Assembly (NCBI GenBank): GCA_951406725.2
Contig: OX597824.1
Span: 97,340,001-97,404,000, forward strand
Source: Octopus vulgaris
Taxonomy: Eukaryota
Direction: 5' to 3'
DNA length: 64,000 nucleotides
Each line of letters begins with the position of its first letter. The stretch's first letter is position 1. Positions 12,993 through 26,131 of the stretch are shown piece by piece. Under the pieces are notes generated by a model that saw nothing but the letters and a program-made list of their open reading frames with translations, made no database searches and had not been told where the DNA came from. The translations under genes and the position numbers were made by a program.

Positions 12993-13301
12993 ATTCTTTT
13001 CTACTCTAGTCACAAGACCCAAAATTTTGGGAGAGGGGGACAGTCGATTAGATCGACCCCAGTCCGCAACTGGTACTTAATTTATCAACTCCAAAAAGAT
13101 GAAAGGCAAATTCGACTTCGGCGGAATTTGAACTCAGAACGTAACGGCAGATGAAATACCTATTTCTTTACTACCCACAAGGGGCTAAACACAGAGAGGA
13201 CAAACAAAGACAGACAAACGGATTAAGTCGATTACATCGACCCCAGTGTGTAACTGGTACTTAATTTATCGACCCCGAAAGGATGAAAGGCAAAGTCGAC
13301 C
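12993..13301 (-). mobile_element. Dimeric SINE family B (5'-truncated)
   Basis: Two central domains in tandem joined at gaaatacctatttcttta (~13153-13170). Confidence 0.85.
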
Positions 13302-13354
13302 TTTGATATATATATAACGCAATGATCTAGAATATATATATTCTAGATCTTTAC

Positions 13355-13430
<76 letters not shown>

Positions 13431-13464
13431 ATATATATAACGTAAAGATGTAGAATGACTTTGT

Positions 13465-13575
13465 CCTTGATCCTTTCGGGGTCGATAAATTAAGTACCAG
13501 CAAAAAACTGGGGTCGATGTAATCGAGTAGTCCTCTCCCAACACATTTCAGGCCTTGTGCCTATCGTAGAAATGA
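13465..13575 (+). mobile_element. SINE family B 3' part
   Basis: atcctttcggggtcgataaattaagtaccag...caggccttgtgcctatcgtagaaa. Confidence 0.75.
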
Positions 13576-14179
13576 CTATTGGTTGTGCTCTGCTCATAAC
13601 AATTCGGTAAAACTGTCAAGGATTGTCTATCTAGGACTACAATATTCAATATATCACTCTCTCTTCAAAACATTAGTGTATAATTTTAGGGAGATATTTC
13701 CTGGAATTTTTGGCTGATCCATTGACCCCAGAATAGTTAATCACAGGCTTCGTACTGAAATTTCGTTTAAAACACATATCTGACTAATGACATACGTGAT
13801 CAAATGCTAAATGCTTTCTGGTTTGGTTTTATTTTCCTGTTTCTGGTCACCTGTTCCACCATTCAGGATTTATAGTATTAATCGTGTCTCTAATTTATCG
13901 TCCTACCACCTTGATATAGAGATTTCATTATCTTTATTCGTTGCTCAATTTCCCGACATTTGGTGGAGATGATTGTTAAACCATATCACATATCGACGGT
14001 CATGCTTCTATAAGCGAACAGCAGGAAATAATTCGAGAATATTTACTGAGAAAAACACAGCCTAGTATTAATCGCAGAAAATATCGATTACGACATATTT
14101 CTGGATTATATGCATATACGCACACACATATGTATGTATGGACACGCACACACACATACGTTCATACATGCATACATAC

Positions 14180-14718
14180 AGTTACTCTACCCAGACTACA
14201 AGTTGAGGTTTATACCTGTAATTATTGAGGTCCTGGGATATGTAACAGACTGCCTAAATACCAATCTTGAGAAACTAAGCTTCTCAAAGCCAGAAAGGAG
14301 AAAGTTAATTCGAACACTACAGATCCAATCCATCACTGGCACTGTAAAAATCTGTGAAACTTTCCAGAAGTTTATCATCTAAGTATATATGAGCATGTCT
14401 AGATATTCAACTATATGCATGAGAATACATACATAAAACATACAAATCTGCACATATACATATATGGAAGTAATTTGTAAAACTTTCCAGAAGTTTGTCA
14501 TTTAAGTATATATTAACATTTCTAGACATGTTAATATATACCTATGCATGGGAATACATACATAAAACAAAACATACAAACATGCACATATGCATATACA
14601 TACATTTTAACAAAACCACTTTGTTGCTAATGTTCAAATTCCAATGAAGGATCCTTGGACCTGGGTTAGAAACCAGCTCCCTATTGGGAAGAGATGTTGA
14701 AATAAAACTGAATAATGA
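14180..14718 (+). mobile_element. R4/Dong-like LINE 3' end (ORF C-terminus plus 3' UTR) embedded in (CATA)n
   Basis: LLYPDYKLRFIPVIIEVLGYVTDCLNTNLEKLSFSKPERRKLIRTLQIQSITGTVKICETFQKFII*; ends ttgaaataaaactgaataatga|catacatacata. Confidence 0.75.
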
Positions 14719-14764
14719 CATACATACATACGTACAAACTTATTCATTCACATATATTGTTTGT

Positions 14765-15062
14765 TTAACTTGTTTCAATCATTGGACAGCGCCCATGCTC
14801 AGTCACTTTTGCTGAAGCACTAACTTATAGGGACTTAAACAAACCAACACCAGTGGTGCGGTGGCATGGTACAAACACAGGCACATACATATATGCATAT
14901 ATACATAAGCACATACATGCTAGGCTTCTTTCAGTCCGCCACCCAAATTCACTTACAAGACCCCGGGGCTATAGCAGAAGACACTTGCCCATAGAACCAC
15001 ATCAGAACCCGGAAACATATAATTGGAAAACAAACATCTTACCACACTGACATCCCTGCCTA
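14765..15062 (-). mobile_element. SINE family A, degenerate and internally deleted
   Basis: acttgtttcaatcatt...ggcttctttcagt...gctatagcagaagacacttgccca. Confidence 0.65.
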
Positions 15063-16670
15063 CACATATGGGACGCATGGAAATGTAATATCGGCCTAAA
15101 ATGTCATTTAGATCCTAGCTTCCTATGCAGCATACTGATATTGTGAAAACAATACAGAAGATCAGTGGAATTCATGAGAAAGACTTCTCTGAGATAAACA
15201 AAATATTACTCACATTTAAGAAGTATGTTTGTCTCACCATAACACCTGTTTGTGGGGTATTTCCATTAAAATTCTATTTATTGCCAGCGCAAAGTACTTC
15301 ATATAGAAAAGAACTATGTACTGTTCTAAGAGTCAAGTGTTGCGGATGTAATTAATTCTTTCAAGAACGGCGAGAAAGAGAATAATTACAGAGATTTCCT
15401 ATTAAATCCGCCATGTTCTTTACTGGTGTACTTGGCAATGTCATTAACAGACGAAGTGGTAACACATTAAAAGTGGTACCAGGATCGACTGTTTTGCAGG
15501 GCCTCTGAGATTGGTGGCAGATGCTGTTCTCAATGGAGTGGTCAAGCTTGAATGTTAGTGACGGGCTGGAAACTACTACATACATCTGCGGATCATATAA
15601 TGGTGTTAAACCAAGCGTTGGTTTAGGTTTACAGCAAAACAAGGAGACGCACCATATAATAGAAACAGCGAGGCAACCTCACACAAATTATACCATATCA
15701 TCTTTACAAAATGGGATCTTAAAAATACTTATAACTCAGATGAGATGGCCATGCATGGAATGACTTTCAGTGTTTGCTCAATCAAGACTTTGGTCTACAG
15801 CAAAAAGTAATAACAGAAACAGCAGCAGCAACAACATCATCTTAGAATTTTTGTCTGATAGAAAGGACACATTCTACGTCGAAGGGTACGTCTATGGTAC
15901 CTAGAAACAGGAGACATTTACTAAATACCTGATGAATAAGAGCAAAAGAATGGCACAAAATGTTGATTGTAGCGGAGAGGATATCACTCTCCATCTTCAG
16001 CAGACTCCCAAATATTTTAGCAGGTTTTATGTTTTCGCAAGACTTCACATTGTTACTAAAACATTTCCCAACGCTATCCACAGAAAGGCACACCAGATCC
16101 CGAATATATCCACATGTTTAAAGACAGGGATTGGTGGGGGATTCTTATTAAAACAGCAACCCTATACACATACAAAAACCTTAATCTATGGAAGAGGGAA
16201 TAAAAATCACACATCTTTACAGAGGTCAGCTGCAAAGTATTGTGAATGTCTGCGAACGTCTACGGAGAACCTTGGAGAAAATCTCATCTCTTTAATCCAC
16301 GCTTTGGATTTTCGATATTATGTATTTTAATAGAGGAAGTCGGTGTAACAAAAGATTTACTCAAAAGCTTTGAAATGCTGTCTTTTCCAAGAAAAGACAA
16401 AGAAAACTGATTGGCATCCTTGAAATCCGATCGGATTTTGGTTGAGATTCAAAATTTATAAAACATTCCGCAGATTCTCCAATTGACTTTCTTGCAATGA
16501 ACAGATTCACACCAGCTTATGGCGTACACATTCACGTATATAAATAACAACAAGACATACGCAGATACATGTCCGCCCTCGTTCATTCTAAACAGACCTG
16601 AACAGCCATTACATACATCCACCACACACAACTATATTCCCACACGCATACATATATACGAATATACATT

Positions 16671-16752
<82 letters not shown>

Positions 16753-16788
16753 TTTCTCAGTCTCTCTCTTTCTTTCTCTCACTCTCTC

Positions 16789-16838
<50 letters not shown>

Positions 16839-16912
16839 TACTTTTGCTAAATGTTAATAAAAATATACATGTACTCATAGTTTGAGCTCCATTTTTTCTG
16901 CTTACATCTCTC

Positions 16913-17025
<113 letters not shown>

Positions 17026-17819
17026 ATACATGTGTGTATATACATGTGTGCATATATGTGTGTGTGTATATACATGTGTGTATATATGTATGTATACATA
17101 CATCTACGTATATATATATAGGATTATACATGTTTGTGTATGTGCGTGTCTGTGTGTCTGCACTCATTAATTCAGATATTAACAAATCTCAAGTATCGCC
17201 TTGACTTAAAATAAGAATTTCAAACAGACACATACGTGTATACATGTATACATACATGCACAGAGACGGACGAACTCCATTGTGCCAAGACGTTGAAAGC
17301 AAACATCAGTGGCAACGCTCTCAAACGTTGCCATTAGCCGAATGTCTCATCCATGATTGATCACATGACTGCCAAGTATTACGTCCGATTGGCTAATATC
17401 TCATTCATCAACGGCATTAGGCCTTTATTTGTTGGCCTCGCCGCTTCCTCTCAACTACCACAGACTCAGTCACATATATGAACACGCATACACACACCCA
17501 CACTTACACGTATACACAAAAATACGCGGACACACGAAATAATGCTTAGGAAAGAGCAGATATTCACACACGCGCATGTACACAGACACCACACTTCTAT
17601 GCAGACTACTGCATGCACACACACACACACACACACACAAAATTACTATATAACACATACACACATAAAAATACATCTGCACGTACATATGTACATCTTA
17701 TGAAATGTGAGCGCGTGAATACGTGCACATGTTACATGTAGACAGGCTCTTTTCACATAGACATACGCACACATAATCAGGTATATTATATCCTCACATA
17801 CACATACATTCTATCTATG

Positions 17820-17990
17820 AGCGTAGGAGTGGATGTGTGGTAAGGAGTTTGCCTCTCAACCACGGGGTTCTGGGATCTGTCCCACTGCGTGGCACCTTTC
17901 GCAAGTGTCTTCTACCATAGCCTTAGGCCGGCCAAAAATTGTAAGTAGATTTTGGCAGACATGTATATACATATATACATATATTCATAG

Positions 17991-18036
<46 letters not shown>

Positions 18037-18265
18037 ATGCTGATGTATGTGTGTCTTTGTGTTTGTGTTTGTTCCCCATCACCGCTTGACAACCGGTATC
18101 GCTTTGCTTACGTTCCCATAACTTAGCGGATCGGCAAAAGATGACGATGATGTAGGTACCGGGCTTTTAAGAAGATGGTAGGTAAGAAGTCCATTCTTTC
18201 GACTAAAATTCTGTAATGTGGTGCCCCAGCATGGGCGGTGTCTTAATGTATGAAACAAGCAAAAT
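17820..18265 (+). mobile_element. SINE family A, diverged full-length copy
   Basis: gcgtaggagtggatgtgtggtaag...cccactgcgtggcacc...(TG)n...cgcttgacaaccgg...gtgccccagcatgg. Confidence 0.8.
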
Positions 18266-18826
18266 GCCAAAAAGCAAACAACGGCTCTTGTCACTCACAC
18301 ATTCGCGCAACACGTTGAACACGCGTTCATGCGTGACTCTCACAAACACATATACAACCACACAGTTGGCACATAGTTACACGCATACGTATTCCCTGAC
18401 GCATACATAATAACATCCGTGGTACACACATACACGTGCAGTGAAGCACATACACATATATACGCACACAAATAAACAATCATAGACATGACACGTGAAA
18501 ATGCGTCGACGCATGCATAGAAACTGTCGCGGACACAAACACACAGTGTGACGCTGAAGCGCAGTGCCGCATTGATATCGCTCTCAGAAACAAACACTAT
18601 CATACAAACACGTATCGATGCACAATCACACACACGTCGCACCAATTCGACACACACGCAAACACACATTATTATTAAAAATATGCGCTGAAGAATATGG
18701 CAAGAGGAATTTGTCATATGAAATTCCCGAGATGATAGATGAGAGATTAAAACAAGAATATAAAACGACGGCGATGACAAAAACTACAATAGTGTTGATT
18801 ATAATGACAACGACGATGATAATAAT

Positions 18827-18857
<31 letters not shown>

Positions 18858-18899
18858 TTAATAATATTAATAATATATGATATAATAGACTAAATTATA

Positions 18900-19203
18900 T
18901 ATATGCAGCAGCATCTGTGGCCACAGAAGTAGCTAGATACTCCCTAAAATCCATCTGAACAGGAGCTCACCACCCAAACAAACCCTGTGGATAAATTATG
19001 TGCAGAAAAAATATAGAAAATATGAGAAAGGATCTGTCGATCCTGAACGAAATTAGACAATCGACACTATTAAGTAACAAGAAGAAAAATATTACGGAAA
19101 TACAAAATTATAGAAGAAAGTATACTTGAGGTAAAAGAACAGCTAAAGCAAGATCTCCTTGCCAAAGCACAAAGGATCCGCCGATATGAGAAACGCCAAC
19201 TTT
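18900..19203 (+). mobile_element. R4/Dong-like LINE fragment (region N-terminal to RT)
   Basis: EVKEQLKQDLLAKAQRIRRYEKRQ resembles the conserved pre-RT motif of R4/Dong ORFs; directly follows (AAT)n. Confidence 0.6.
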
Positions 19204-20649
19204 TTATGACCTTCATCGTCCTTACCTTCGTCGCACCCATGTTAATATGCGTTGCTATCAAATTGAAATCTCCATTCTTAAATAGAATGCCTCTTAAATG
19301 GATGGCCTCTTTGCTTCAGTTTCCACGGCAGATCTACCGTACCAAATTGTGTGCCCAGTTCTAAAGAATATTCGTAGCATTCTCAATAATATCTGCCTTT
19401 CTGTGTGTGCATCATCGGCTACTAAACCCTCTCCAATAACAGGCTGTCAAATTTGTAACTCGCATTCCGTATTCCAAGGTGAGTAAACCCGATGACATTG
19501 TCCTGAAAAAGATTCCCCCATCACACTCTTAAATCCCCTTCTGTGTAGTACATTTCCCCCTCCCCATTTTTTCCACAAATGTCCCTTGTTGGGAATCAAG
19601 TGCGAATCAATTGTATTCCTTTTTAATCATTTGTGGCAAATAGAAAAAAAGAAATTATTGTCCTTATAAATTTCATTTAAATTTCGCTCAATTCATAGAA
19701 TCGTTAGAACGTCGGACAAAATGGTTTCTGATATTCCTTTTGGATCCTACGTTCTGAGTCCAAATTATCTTGAGGTCAGCATTGCATCTTATCCTTTCGC
19801 GGTCCGTAAAACTTGGTTGCCCTCAAGAATTGAGTCGATACAATCGATTGACCTGCCAACCGCGCCATAAAGAATTACTGGCCTTCTGCCTATAACAGAA
19901 ACCTATGTTATTGCTGTTGTCGTTGTTATCAAAATTGTCGTTGTAATGTTCCCCTTATTTGATGCTCCTGGGGCAATGAAAAAGAAATCTTTATTATTAC
20001 TGAAAAGATAAGATATTCCATTTTCAAAACGTGCACGACTCTGTGCAACGAATGGTCGCTTATGTTTTTCTATTCTTTGTTCGTAGAATTTTTTGCTTTT
20101 TGTAGTTTTCTTAGTTGTTTGGTTCAGATGATTAGAAATCATGTCAAGCCAAAACAATTTTTTAAATGTTAAAATATAATAGTATTTTACGAAAAAAACC
20201 GCCAAAAAAAATTATTTGTTTTGTAAAAATGGGGCAACACGACAAATAAAAAAAGAAAAGGACAGGAAAAAGTGAAACTATTCATTCAGCTCCACAAGAT
20301 GTTAATATGGAAATGACGTCAACTGTAACGAAGAGAATGAAAACAGGTTTCAATGGAAGTGAATTTGGATTTAACTATTTTCTTTATTCAGAATGGTTCA
20401 AAATTAATTGCAAAAACTCCAGAGTCCTTTTGCACAAGCCACGCACGTGAAATATCAAATTTTGTTTTAGAAAAGAAATCTTGGAAACATGAAACCATCG
20501 ACGCCATAGAAAACATACAAAATAACCTTTTGTAAACCAGATTAAAAGTAATAATAATAACAATAATAATAAATAGATAAATGAATAATGAGGAAGAGGA
20601 GGATGATAACAACAAAGGCGAGACTAATAATAATAATAATAATCGCAAT

Positions 20650-20890
20650 CATTCCTACTGAAAATGTTGCCGGAAAACAAGTAGAAGAACTATCAAACTA
20701 TAAGTAGCTTAAAAATGAAGTATTAAAAATTTAGCAGATGAAAGATAACATTTGTAATTGGAGCACAAAACATGATGAAAATAATATAAAAGCAATTACA
20801 GAAGCCATTACCAGGGCACACAACTCTACCTTCTGCCCCCAAAATTGCTCTTCTAAGAGGAAAACCCATCTCGCGCAAGACTCTCTTAAA
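20650..20890 (+). mobile_element. Degraded R4/Dong-like RLE fragment
   Basis: KQVEELSNYK*LKNEV...FVIGA...KIALL; preceded by (AAT)n. Confidence 0.55.
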
Positions 20891-21054
20891 TCAACAGAAT
20901 AGCTCTTCAGGATTCAATAACGAAAGGCAAGGTCGATCTCGATGGAAGTGGAACTTAGAAAGAAAATACGGACGGAATGCCGGTATTCATTTCGTCCGGC
21001 ATGCTAACGATTCTGCCATCTCACCGCCATAATAATAATGATAATAATAATAAT

Positions 21055-21340
21055 AAAGATGTACGATAAGGAAGAAAGAAAAGTCGAGAGATATAACAGG
21101 TTAGCTTGGGAGGTTAAGCGGTTGTGGTCGATGAAAAAGGTGCTAGTAGTACCAATAATTGTCGGAGCTCTGGGAACAGTGGGTAAAAATCTTGAGAAAT
21201 ACATGGAACAAATAGGGGTTGTAATAAGGGTGGAGCACTTGCAGAAAACAGCACTGCTTGGAAGCGCTTGAATACTCCTTCCGGAGTATTCGAGCGGTTC
21301 CATTGTAGTACATCTCCAGCGTTAGAAGCACTGGAAAGGC
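21055..21340 (+). mobile_element. R4/Dong-like LINE 3' end flanked by (AAT)n on both sides
   Basis: DKEERKVERYNRLAWEVKRLWSMKKVLVVPIIVGALGTVGKNLEKYMEQIG...HLQKTALLGSA, a typical RLE C-terminus. Confidence 0.85.
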
Positions 21341-21380
21341 GATAATAATAATAATAATAATAATAACAATAATAACAATG

Positions 21381-21746
21381 ATCTTTTCTACTCTAGGCAC
21401 AAGACCCAAAATTTTTGGGAGAGGGGCCAGTCGATTGGATCGACCTCAGTATGCAACTGGTACTTAATTTATCTACCCTGAAAGGATGAAAGGCAAAGCC
21501 AACCTCAGCAGAATTTGAACTCAGAACGTAACGACAGACGAAACACCTATTTCTTTATTACCCACAAGGGGCTAAACACAGAGGGGACAAACAAGGACAG
21601 ACATAGGTATTAAGGTGATTACATCGACCCCAGTGCGTAACTGGTACTTAAATTGTCGACCCCGAAAGGATGAAAGGCAAAGTCGACCTCGGCGGAATTT
21701 GAACTCACAACGTAACGCAGACGAAATACCGCTAAGCATTTCGCCC
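21381..21746 (-). mobile_element. Dimeric SINE family B
   Basis: Two central domains; junction gaaacacctatttcttta at ~21540-21557. Confidence 0.85.
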
Positions 21747-22219
21747 ATCGCTTTGTTTTTACTCAACATCGACCGATGTGGGACAGTACAAAGATGTTTC
21801 AATAAAGAACGAGGAACTTTACATCTTGTGAAAGAAAATTCTTCTGTCGGCCAGATGGTTTGAGATATATCGATGTTGACAGACTGAAAGGAAAGCGTGT
21901 AATATGAAATAGAATTATCAATATAAAACAAAAAGGGGAAGAGAGAGAGAGAGAAGGAAGAACGGGACATTGCGATTCATAAGGAACTAAGGAGATTATA
22001 GGAAGCAAGAATGAGAAAAGAGACATGATAAACTCGAAGGAAAATGAGTGTGTGTGTGTGTGTATGTGTGTGTGTGTGTTTCTGTTTGTGCATGAGGGAG
22101 GGAGAGAGAAAGAGAAAGACAGAGAGAATCATTTTCACGATGTTTCTATCTGAAATATATAGAGGAACAAGCAAACATATTTTTCTCTACTTCCCTCTGT
22201 GTGTGTGTGATTGTGTGTG

Positions 22220-22342
22220 TATGTATGTATGTATGTATGTATGCATGTGTGTATGTATGTATGTATGTATGTATGTATGTATGTATGTATGTATGTATGT
22301 ATGTATGTATGTATGTATGTATGTATGTGTGTGTGTGTGTGT
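22220..22342. repeat. (TATG)n microsatellite with (TG)n
   Basis: Read directly from the sequence. Confidence 0.95.
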
Positions 22343-23496
22343 GCCCTCATGTGTGTATACATAAATACATACATGTATATGTATAGATGTAGGCATTAAA
22401 AAGTAACTGTTGCTAAATCCATGACACTCTGTAATTTCGCGTTAATAGATTGATACATGTTCTCATATTTACATGTGGGATTTTCATTAGACTTTCTACT
22501 CAGCTTCTTTACCACCAGCCTTTGAAAGTTATGTTTTCTTTTTTAGTTCGACAGAGCTAACATATCTAAATGCAAATTAAATATAGAGTTCTAATTTCAT
22601 TAACTAATATGTTTTTATTTTTTTTATTTTTAATATTTCCAGTGCGTTTCTCTTTTAGATACCAAACATTTCGTGAAAGTGATGCATTTCTTTTTTATGT
22701 TTGTTTGCGTAAACAATTACTGCCGAGTGGACAATATATTATATTATTCTTAAAATTACATACACAAAGATTATTTCATCGGTCCCAACTTTTGATATTC
22801 ATCTCTGTTTACTTGGGCTCCAAAGTGTTGAGATTTTGAGTATGCAAAATGTCACAGATCTAGTTTAAAGAAAGCGTGTTGTGACACCTGGATGTAGAGG
22901 ATGTGTTTTTTTTAAAAAGTTTCTATGCTGGATGTTCTTCCACCAAGCAAATATGTTGCATTATATTTTCTCCTTTAAGTTATCTTATTTTTTGGGGCTA
23001 CATTTGATCTTTAAATTTCCGTCTATTTTAATACGTTTTTTATAAACATATGCAACTCGTTTTGAAGATCCTTCTTTAGAAAATATGATCGAAAAATAAA
23101 AGACCGATAATATTACTAAATTCTAGAAAGTAGAGTTGCTGGATTTAGCAAGTTATTCTCGTATTTTAAGATGACTTACTAGTGTTTATATTTCATTGTA
23201 CCATGGATTGAATTCTTTATATTTTTCTTGTGGTGTTAAACAGTCTTTTTAGTGTAGGATCTATTCATTTGATATAGAATATTTTGGTTTGTTAGTGACT
23301 ATATGAATGCGTTTAGAATTTCTGGTGCTTTTATTCATAAGCTGAAACGTAAACCTGGGAATAAAATCACGGTAAATAAGCACATCTACTCTCTATTACA
23401 TTCATTGAAATCCACCTCATCTGTTTATAAGCACGCACAAACCCATACATAAATGCATTTATATATATATATATATGTCTGTGTGTGTGTGCGTGC

Positions 23497-23531
<35 letters not shown>

Positions 23532-24051
23532 TGTGTGTATGTATGTATGCATACATTTATGCATGTATGTGTGTATTTGTGCGTGCATGTGTTTTTGTGT
23601 GTAGGAGTCTAAATATACATGTAAGTACGTTTCATAGATAGATAGATCGATAGAGAGAAAGATAGAAGGAGAATGAGTGGTGGAGAGAGAACTACAAATG
23701 TATGTTATTCAGTTTAGAATTTCTATCCAACTTCCGATTCCAAAATTGAAAATTCCCACGTAAAACCAATTCCAACGAGATTTACTTACAGTAATAAGTC
23801 TCTCTCGCAAATAATAATGAAATCTTCTCTAACTATGAAGAGTTCTTCAGTCAATAAAAGATGTACAATACTGCAGGAAATAGTGTAACCTCGACGCAGA
23901 ACAATCCTAATTAGATATTGCTACAAATATAGTTCTTCACGGTCGCTGCAAAATGTAATTCTATACATACCAATATAGTGGCGAGTAGATCGAAATTAAA
24001 CAGGTTTAAATTTTAAATCTAATTCGTATAAAAGACTCCATGTTTCTCCAT

Positions 24052-24110
<59 letters not shown>

Positions 24111-24483
24111 AGTGTGTAAACAAATAACAAGATAGACTGTGGTTCCCTACAGCTGTTTCACACCTGTTATGTATTGATGAATAAAAACACGTCTGAAACA
24201 TTTGAAGTGAACCACAATAACCTCTGTTGTTATTAGTTCACCATTCACCGAACACAGAAGCTGCAATTCGTTTTGATCTGGAGTCTATTTAGTGTAGTGC
24301 AATGGGTGTATATTCAGTCGGTCATTTGTGATTGTACGCACAGCCGAAGTACAAATCCGTGTTTACTGTGGCAGAAATATCGTTCCCGTTCGTTGGACAG
24401 TTTTGTTACAATGGAACTCTGAGTAACAGTTTTTGTGATATTTCTGCTGTTTCCACCTTGTTTCGCATTTATTTGCTTACTCC

Positions 24484-24534
<51 letters not shown>

Positions 24535-24910
24535 CTCTGTGTGTGTGTCTATACGGCAAATGAAAGACGGAAGATTGAATATACGAGAATTTATTAATCA
24601 CGACAATTCTTTGAACACATCGAGCATCGATCGCTCATGGGTGGGGCACTCAACAACTGGTCCCAGGAGCATCCGGCAGTGCAGATGGATCTCGTCGGGT
24701 TATAAATTGATACAACTCGTTAAAATAACAGTTCCGCAATGTAACTTCTCGTTCTGTAGAAAGAAAAACAACCTGACGGAGGGAGGGAAAAACAATCTTC
24801 ATTTATAGAGAAGATCAAAAATAAAATCACAAATGAGAAAAAACAGAGAAACGAACACGCAATACATCGATAAAAGTATTAAAAAGAACCATTTTATTAT
24901 CCAATATGTA

Positions 24911-25295
24911 TCTCTCTCTATATAAACGGTAGTTTGTCTGTCTGTGTGTCTGTGTGTCTGTCAGGTTGTACCCTCACCCTGACCACGGCTTTCAACCGAT
25001 TCTGATGAAACTTGACACACACATAGCCCAATGTCATAATTCAAAACTAACGCAGTGAAAACTTTGAAAAGTTCCCCCAGTTCTGATAAAAATCGATAAA
25101 TTCGACATGGGGTCGAGAATCAGAAACACAAACCACAGACTGTCTAGGGGACGCAACTCGACCTTTTTAACTCTCAAAAAAAAAATTACCATAATTTTTT
25201 TTCCATTTTTGGGCTATTTTTTGGCTATAACTCTCTAAAAATGCTTTATAGTTATTTCCCTTACAAACCCGAGCAACGCCGGGCGATACTGTTAG
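24911..25295 (+). mobile_element. Non-autonomous Helitron, second family
   Basis: A|TCTCTCTCTATATAAA...gtctgtctgtgtgtctg...ccgagcaacgccgggcgatactgTTAG|T; inserted between A and T. Confidence 0.8.
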
Positions 25296-25810
25296 TTTAT
25301 ATATAAATATGTATATGAACATACATACATAAGTCTTGAAATAAAACTGAATAATGACATACAGCATACATACATACGTATGTATTAAGAAAAGGTAGTC
25401 AGAATTTTGGATAATTCTTTATTAGCGCCTTCGTCCACTTCACACAGACCCTTCAGAAGAGTTTTGCAGAAAATTTCTTTACCTTTATCCAAATCGAAAA
25501 GAGGATGTTTTGTTTTGCTTAGAAAGGCAGAGAGAGAGAGAAGGGGGCTTCTTTTCAATTGTTTTGTATCGATGCGGTTATGTGGTCAGCCTGTGGAACT
25601 TTAATTATAGTTCAAAACGTCCATCTTGATTTGGTCTTCGTTTTTGAAGGCGTATCTCTCTCTCTCCCTCGCTCCCTCTTTCCCTCTCTCTTATTATATA
25701 CATATGAACATGTTTATAAATATATACAAATATACGCTCACACATTTACACACACACACACACACACACACACGCTGCACCCGATATGAAATGCCTTATG
25801 TATATGTAAG

Positions 25811-25862
<52 letters not shown>

Positions 25863-25879
25863 CGTGTGTGTGTTAATAC

Positions 25880-26065
25880 CTCCTCCATCGTTTGACAACC
25901 GATGTTAGTGTGTTTACTTCCCTGTAAACTAGCGGTTTGGCATAAGAGTCGATAGAATAAGTACTAGGTTTACAAAGAATAAGTCCTGGGATAGATTCAT
26001 TAGATTAATGGCGGTGCTCCAGCATGGTCGCAGTCAAATGACTGAATCAGGTAAAAGGATAAAAG

Positions 26066-26068
<3 letters not shown>
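25880..26068 (+). mobile_element. SINE family A 3' half
   Basis: ttgacaaccgatg...gatagaataagtactagg...ggcggtgctccagcatggtcgcagtcaaatgactgaa. Confidence 0.8.

Positions 26069-26131
<63 letters not shown>

Noticed and set aside
15100-16330. Possible ancient LINE reverse transcriptase relic
   Set aside because: Only faint resemblance to PQG/YADD motifs; not assignable without a profile search.
19298-19486. Short ORF ending at a consensus donor AAG|GTGAGT
   Set aside because: No clear acceptor or homology and adjacent to LINE debris; a lone donor motif is expected by chance.
24300-24900. Two complex segments flanking (TA)n that may be Penelope termini
   Set aside because: No complete HHR core or ORF motif found on either strand.
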